Assembly: GCF_001457595.1 (NCBI RefSeq)
Contig: NZ_LN831039.1
Span: 3,750,001 to 3,782,000 of the forward strand
Origin: Mycolicibacterium smegmatis
Lineage (GTDB): Bacteria > Actinomycetota > Actinomycetes > Mycobacteriales > Mycobacteriaceae
Length of the DNA: 32,000 bases
Direction: 5' to 3'
In this document: piece by piece, positions 29,168-32,000 of the stretch
Layout: every line of letters starts with the position of its first letter
Position numbering within the stretch: position 1 is the first letter of the stretch
Notes under the pieces: generated by a model
Told to the model about the DNA's origin: nothing
Seen by the model: the letters and a program-made list of their open reading frames with translations, nothing else
Databases searched by the model: none
Position numbers and translations under genes: made by a program

Positions 29168-31564
29168 CTAGCGGAACACACCCGGCAGGCTCAGCGCCGA
29201 CATCGTGTCGTCGGCCAGCGGGTTGTCGTGGACCATGTAGGTCCACGTCGAGGTGGGCCGCGCGAGTTTCGACAGGTCGACGCCCGGTTCGTCGGCGACC
29301 GACTCCGCGGTCTCGAACGTCTGCTGGGCGGCCTCGATGGCGTCGGCGGCCAGTGAGGCGAACGCGTCGACGGCCATGCGGTGGAACTCGTCGAGCGGAT
29401 TCTGCCTGCCCAGTGCCCGCAGGTGGATGCTCTCGCGGATGTCGGCGAGGAACGCCAGATGCTCACACCAGCCACGGTCGAGGTGGTACAGCATGATCAA
29501 CCGGCAGATCTTCTCCAGCCGCTCCTCGGCGTCCTCGCCGAGTTCCTCGGCCAGCTTGGCGTACCGCTCGGGCGAGCGTTCCTTGAGCTCTTCGCGCGCG
29601 GTGTCGGTGCGCAGCAGGGTCTCGCGGCGCTCGACGATGATGGCGCGCTGCTGGGCGATCAACTGGTTGTAGCGCCACGTGTTGGCGTGCACGTCGAGCA
29701 GCCGGCCCTCGGCGACGCGCTGCGCGTGGTCGAGCAGGCTCGCGGCGCGCGGCGCGATGATCCGGCCGTCGCCGGCGTCCGGGTCGGTCTCCATCGGCAG
29801 CTTGCTGCGTTCGAGGTGCGCGGCGACGACGTCGTCCTCCCAGCTGGAGAAGAACACCGACGAACCGGGGTCACCCTGGCGTCCCGCGCGCCCGCGCAAC
29901 TGGTTGTCGAGCCGCTCGGTGTGGTGCCTACCGGTGCCGACGACGTGCAGGCCACCCAGTTCGGCGACCTTCTTCTTCTCGGCGTCGTCGTCACCGACGT
30001 CGGAGCCGCCGAGCCGGATGTCGGTGCCGCGGCCTGCCATCTGCGTCGACACGGTGACGGCGCCGAGCTTGCCTGCCTCGGCGATCACCGCGGCCTCTTC
30101 CGCGTCGTTCTTGGCGTTGAGCACGACGGCGGGCACCCCGGCCTTCAGGAGCTTCTCGTGCAGTTCCTCGGACTCGGCGACGTCGTGGGTGCCGACCAGC
30201 ACGGGCTGCCCGGTCTTGTGCACCTCGGCGATGTGCTCGACGATCGCGTCGATCTTGGCCGCGGCCGTGATGTAGACCCGGTCGGGTTCGTCCTTGCGGA
30301 TGTTGGGGGTGTTCGGCGGGATCGGCGAGACACCGAGCTTGTAGAACTGCCTCAGCTGCTCACCGGCCGCGAGCGCCGTGCCGGTCATGCCGCACACGCG
30401 CGGGTACCGGTTGATGAGCGCCTGCACCGTGATGGTGTCGAGCACCTCGCCGGTCTCGGTGGTCTCGATGCCCTCCTTGGCCTCCACCGCGGCCTGCAGC
30501 CCGTCGGGCCAGCGCTGCAGCGACGCGATGCGCCCGCGCGACGCGTTGATCAGGTGCACGGCGTCGTCGCGCACGATGTAGTGCACGTCGCGCTGCAGCA
30601 GCACGTGGGCGTGCAGCGCCACGTTGATCTCGGTGAGCGTGGTGCCCACGTGCTCCTCGGAGTACAGGTCGATGCCGCCGAGCTTGGCCTCCATGACGCG
30701 GGCCCCGGCCTCGGTGAGGTGCACGTTGCGGCTCTCGGCGTCGGTGTCGTAGTGCTTGCCCGCCTCGAGCTCGCCGACCATCCGGATGATCTCGACACGC
30801 GGCTGTTCGCGGTGGCTGGTGCCCGCCAGCACGAGCGGCACGAGCGCCTCGTCGACCAGCACCGAGTCGGCCTCGTCGATCAGCGCGACGTCCGGGTTCG
30901 GCGACACCAGGTCGGCGACGTCGGTGACCAGCTGATCGCGCAGCACGTCGAAGCCGATCTCGTTGACCGACGCATACGTCACGTCGCACTGGTAGGCCTC
31001 GCGGCGCTCGTCGGCCGTGGAGTCGGCCGTGATCCAGCCGACCGTGAGCCCGAGCGCCTTGAGCAGCGGGCCCATCCATTCGGCGTCGCGGCGCGCGAGG
31101 TAGTCGTTGATGGTGATGACGTGGACGCGGCGTCCGCCGAGCGCGTAACCGGCCGCGGCGATCGCACCGGCCAGCGTCTTGCCCTCACCCGTGGCCATCT
31201 CCACGACGTCGCCCGCGAGCATGCGCAGGGCGGCCAGCAGCTGCACGTCGAACGGGCGAAGCCCCGTGGTGCGCTCGGCGGCCTCCCGCGCGATCGCGAG
31301 AAACTGCGTGATGTCCGACGCTCCGGCCAGGTCTTCGAGTTTCAGCAGCTTGGCGGCCTTGGTGAGCTGCTCGTCGTCGAGGTCGGCGGCCTTCTTCTCG
31401 AAGTCGGCCGCACCTTTGACCTCCGACAGCGAGCGGGCCTGATTCCGCTCGATGCTGGCACCCAACAGCTTCCAGAACTTGCTACTCAAGCGCCCCGGTT
31501 TGGCGCTGGACGTCTTCGGCACACGTTTACGGTACGCGGAGGTTCGCCAGGACTCATTCGCCAC
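29168..31564 (-). CDS. secA2: accessory preprotein translocase ATPase SecA2
   Basis: 798-aa ORF, collinear with remembered M. tuberculosis SecA2 (...[15 protein letters not shown]..., [38 protein letters not shown], ...[26 protein letters not shown]). It lacks the SecA1 C-terminal tail. The start is uncertain: ATG 31564 or in-frame GTG 31525 ([12 protein letters not shown]). Confidence 0.96.
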   Translation of the reverse strand: MANESWRTSAYRKRVPKTSSAKPGRLSSKFWKLLGASIERNQARSLSEVKGAADFEKKAADLDDEQLTKAAKLLKLEDLAGASDITQFLAIAREAAERTTGLRPFDVQLLAALRMLAGDVVEMATGEGKTLAGAIAAAGYALGGRRVHVITINDYLARRDAEWMGPLLKALGLTVGWITADSTADERREAYQCDVTYASVNEIGFDVLRDQLVTDVADLVSPNPDVALIDEADSVLVDEALVPLVLAGTSHREQPRVEIIRMVGELEAGKHYDTDAESRNVHLTEAGARVMEAKLGGIDLYSEEHVGTTLTEINVALHAHVLLQRDVHYIVRDDAVHLINASRGRIASLQRWPDGLQAAVEAKEGIETTETGEVLDTITVQALINRYPRVCGMTGTALAAGEQLRQFYKLGVSPIPPNTPNIRKDEPDRVYITAAAKIDAIVEHIAEVHKTGQPVLVGTHDVAESEELHEKLLKAGVPAVVLNAKNDAEEAAVIAEAGKLGAVTVSTQMAGRGTDIRLGGSDVGDDDAEKKKVAELGGLHVVGTGRHHTERLDNQLRGRAGRQGDPGSSVFFSSWEDDVVAAHLERSKLPMETDPDAGDGRIIAPRAASLLDHAQRVAEGRLLDVHANTWRYNQLIAQQRAIIVERRETLLRTDTAREELKERSPERYAKLAEELGEDAEERLEKICRLIMLYHLDRGWCEHLAFLADIRESIHLRALGRQNPLDEFHRMAVDAFASLAADAIEAAQQTFETAESVADEPGVDLSKLARPTSTWTYMVHDNPLADDTMSALSLPGVFR

Positions 31565-31620
31565 GGCGTCAGTTGTGCCTCGGCCACGCCTGACGCAGGA
31601 TCGCGCGGTACCTTGCCCGC

Positions 31621-32000
31621 ATGGGAATGTTCAGCCCCACTCTCGACTGGAGCAACGAGCTCCTCACATCGCTGATCTGGATCGCCAAGGGCTGGGCGAT
31701 CGCGGCGGTGTGCACGTTGGCGGTCCTCGCACTGCTCGTGCGCTTCACGACGTGGGGCAGGCAGTACTGGCGCATCACCAGCGGATACTTCACCGGCGCC
31801 GACAGCATCAAGGTGTGGGTGTGGCTCGCGGCGCTGTTGCTGTCGGTGATCACGGGTGTGCGCCTTTCGGTGCTGTTCACCTACCAGGGCAACGACATGA
31901 TGACCAGCTTCCAGGTCATCGCAGAAGGCGTCGCGAGCGGCGACGAGGCGGTCCGCACGTCCGGCAAGGACGGCTTCTGGATGTCGCTGACGGTGTTCAC
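31621..32000 (+). CDS. bacA: SbmA/BacA-like ABC transporter (Rv1819c-like), N-terminal 126 codons; continues beyond window end
   Basis: Not in the ORF track because there is no in-window stop. Hand translation from ATG 31621 gives [59 protein letters not shown]...[15 protein letters not shown]...[12 protein letters not shown]. This closely parallels the remembered Rv1819c N-terminus. Confidence 0.82.
   Translation, partial: MGMFSPTLDWSNELLTSLIWIAKGWAIAAVCTLAVLALLVRFTTWGRQYWRITSGYFTGADSIKVWVWLAALLLSVITGVRLSVLFTYQGNDMMTSFQVIAEGVASGDEAVRTSGKDGFWMSLTVF

Overview
High-GC (roughly two-thirds G+C) actinobacterial chromosome segment. Gene content and order match a Mycobacterium (M. smegmatis-like) core region syntenic with M. 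tuberculosis Rv1850..Rv1819c.

Left to right:
- ureC(partial)-ureB-ureA and a PaaI thioesterase (minus strand).
- An ORF-free, iron-box-driven unit of about 100 nt that I interpret as the MrsI sRNA orthologue.
- An IdeR-boxed FhuF-like gene.
- blaI-blaR-gnd-guaB1 (plus strand).
- An FbpABC-type Fe3+ importer (minus strand).
- Two DUF21-CBS (CorB/CNNM-like) proteins, an unassigned conserved protein, glcB and a vWA membrane protein (plus strand).
- An uninterrupted minus-strand run: secA2-pgsA2-DUF881-sbp-DUF881-gcvH-garA-ftsR-DUF151-resR-(tandem glycine riboswitch)-gcvP.
- The 5' end of a bacA (Rv1819c)-like ABC transporter.

I saw no tRNA, rRNA, CRISPR, transposase, integrase or defence-island signature. 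The many long ORFs antisense to real genes are high-GC artefacts.

I do not see convincing evidence for a wholly new multi-gene system. The signals most worth a second look are:
- The iron-regulatory layer: three IdeR-like boxes, a hidden sRNA and the FhuF-like gene.
- An unexplained leader of about 300 nt upstream of the CorB-like genes.
- A possible SD-driven 12-codon uORF coupled to glcB.
- A strictly 4-residue-periodic acidic tyrosine repeat in the vWA protein.
- The conserved but mechanistically obscure division-associated block (DUF881-sbp-DUF881, and garA-ftsR-DUF151-resR).

All homology statements come from reading the translations and from remembered family motifs and synteny. No searches were run.
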